Source: Paraspadella gotoi
Lineage: Eukaryota; Animalia; Chaetognatha
Assembly (NCBI GenBank): GCA_051294375.1
Contig: CM119266.1
Coordinates: forward strand, 21,643,875 to 21,707,874
DNA: 64,000 nt
Reading direction: 5' to 3'
A model generated the notes under the pieces. The model was not told the origin of the DNA. It ran no database searches and saw only the letters and a program-made list of their open reading frames with translations. Shown here piece by piece: positions 62,164-64,000 of this stretch. A program made the position numbers and the translations under genes. Position 1 is the first letter of the stretch. Every line of letters starts with the position of its first letter.

Positions 62164-64000
62164 CTGTAGCGACAAAAACAAGTTTGTTGGGATGGGGATG
62201 ATTCGTGACAAAGGAAAGTTTAAATTTGCGACCAACATGAGCTTATTAAATTAAAAATCCGCAGTTCTGACCACATGTACATAATCGTCTGGACTTGGTA
62301 TTTCTCGGCATGGAATCCTTTCATAGACAAGGTTTTCTTCAAGTCACTTTGATGAGACGACTGACTGTTGATTCATAATGGTTTTAGAAGCTGTCGTAAA
62401 GGGTTTTAATTACCGGAGTTTGCGGTTTCTTGAGTTGGCCTTTGACCTTGAGCATGTCACGGTTCATGGACCTTGACTTGTTGGAACATCCATAGATCAG
62501 GCCGAGGAAGAATTTGCTGACACATCCAGATTCTCAACCTCTGCACATCTGACCGAAAATAAGCCATCTAGGATAACATTTTGGTAGCATTATAACAAGC
62601 AGGATATCAGGTGATACTGATAGCGACATCGGGTAAAACTTGTCAATTAGAAATAAACACATTCCAAATTACTAGGGAATAAAATTAGAAAAAGATTTAA
62701 CTTGGCTAGCTATCTACATTTGGACATAACCGACATGTAAATAGAGGATATTTGTACAAACTTTACAGTTGACACCCTGGAGGAAAGGCTGTCACAATCA
62801 GCAAGTACACTCCGGCGTAAAAAAAAAGTAACCACTTTTTTCACACAAATAAAACCATATTGGATAACCGAATTTTATTAAGATATAAACAAATGAAGAA
62901 ACTATATGGAAAAACAATATTTTTATAATAAGAAAAAAAACAGTTAAATGATAACTTACCCTCTTGTATTAAAACAGACCCTTACAAATATATTAAAACT
63001 TAATAATTTATATTCTGTCATAAAATTATTATTTGAATTAAATATTATTAAAAAAGTTTTTAAGAATTAATATTAAAATATACTTTTTAACAACAATTTT
63101 ATTTTGATACTCTGACTTAAAAGTATTACTATATTGCATTGCCTAAACCAATTAAAAATTGTTTATACCAATTGATAGCTCTTTAAAAAAGCTATAATTT
63201 TTATAATTGTTTTTAATTAAAAAAAGAAAAGGGATGTATTTGAAGATAGCAAGTGCCTACTTTTTTTTGCGCCGCAGTGTAGAGAATAAAAGAAACAACT
63301 TGCTTATATTTTTCACCGGACAAAACAAGTTCAAACTTTAAAAAAATTTAGAACCCGTCATCCTTTATTCTGCAAAGAAATCTTAAAACCTACAAACTAC
63401 TCCAAAAATTTCAACCGCATAAAGGACCATTTCCCCCGTCTCCCTTCATATCACTAAGAATTACTGCGGCAGAAAATCAAATAATGCTGAAAATTTATTC
63501 ACCTTAGTAGATTATGGATTAGCCACAGGAGCCTGCCATCCGTCAAAACTCAAAATAAGCCCATTCTGTCCGAATCAACTGGTTTAGTTTTTTTAATGCT
63601 TGTAGCTACCAAAATGTATCCAAAAATAGCTCCTCGGTCAATTGGTAAAACCGGCGCAAAGAAAAACATTTGTATGTATTGTATTAATAAATCGTTAGGA
63701 AATTTCTCGACTATGTTGGGACAATTTCGAACATTCTGTAAATATCATTACTGATAGCAAGTTTCAAGTATCAATGAATGCAGCGAAAATAGGTTATCAA
63801 GAAACCGTCATAAATAGGGCCCAGTCGTATTACTGATAACATTTGACGACATAACAACATCAGTTTTTGATCGTTCTCTTCTTATCTCTTAACACGAAAA
63901 ATTTATTTAAAAAAGTTTATTACCTGATAGTTTTGGTGACTATAATTCGACCAGTTTTGTGGTTGGAACTGCTGTCCGTAATTGTTAAAACCAGAACCTT

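Overview
Intron-rich, AT-rich animal (invertebrate-like) genomic DNA; the species cannot be assigned from sequence alone. All gene models were spliced by eye. The + strand carries, in order: four tandem MFSD8/CLN7-like MFS transporter genes (389-12182); an Ig-superfamily type I membrane protein gene whose 5' end is lost in an N-gap, which appears to end in a cytoplasmic EF-hand module and hosts two initiator tRNA-Met genes in its introns (14925-21205); an alpha-2-macroglobulin/TEP gene with an intact GCGEQ thioester (23329-30095); an MTSS1/MIM I-BAR-WH2 gene (33206-52649); and a GAF-containing PDE10-like phosphodiesterase (53269-60790). The 3' end of a minus-strand gene with a G/Y/S/Q-rich tail lies near the end of the window. 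Introns hold MITEs, Helentron-associated (HINE/DINE-like) elements, a solo-LTR-like repeat and minimal type I hammerhead ribozymes. The most notable observations are the Ig-receptor/EF-hand architecture, intronic hammerheads that are intact antisense to host genes but core-mutated in sense orientation, two cryptic spliced ORFs inside MTSS1 introns, and repeated use of GC-AG introns.
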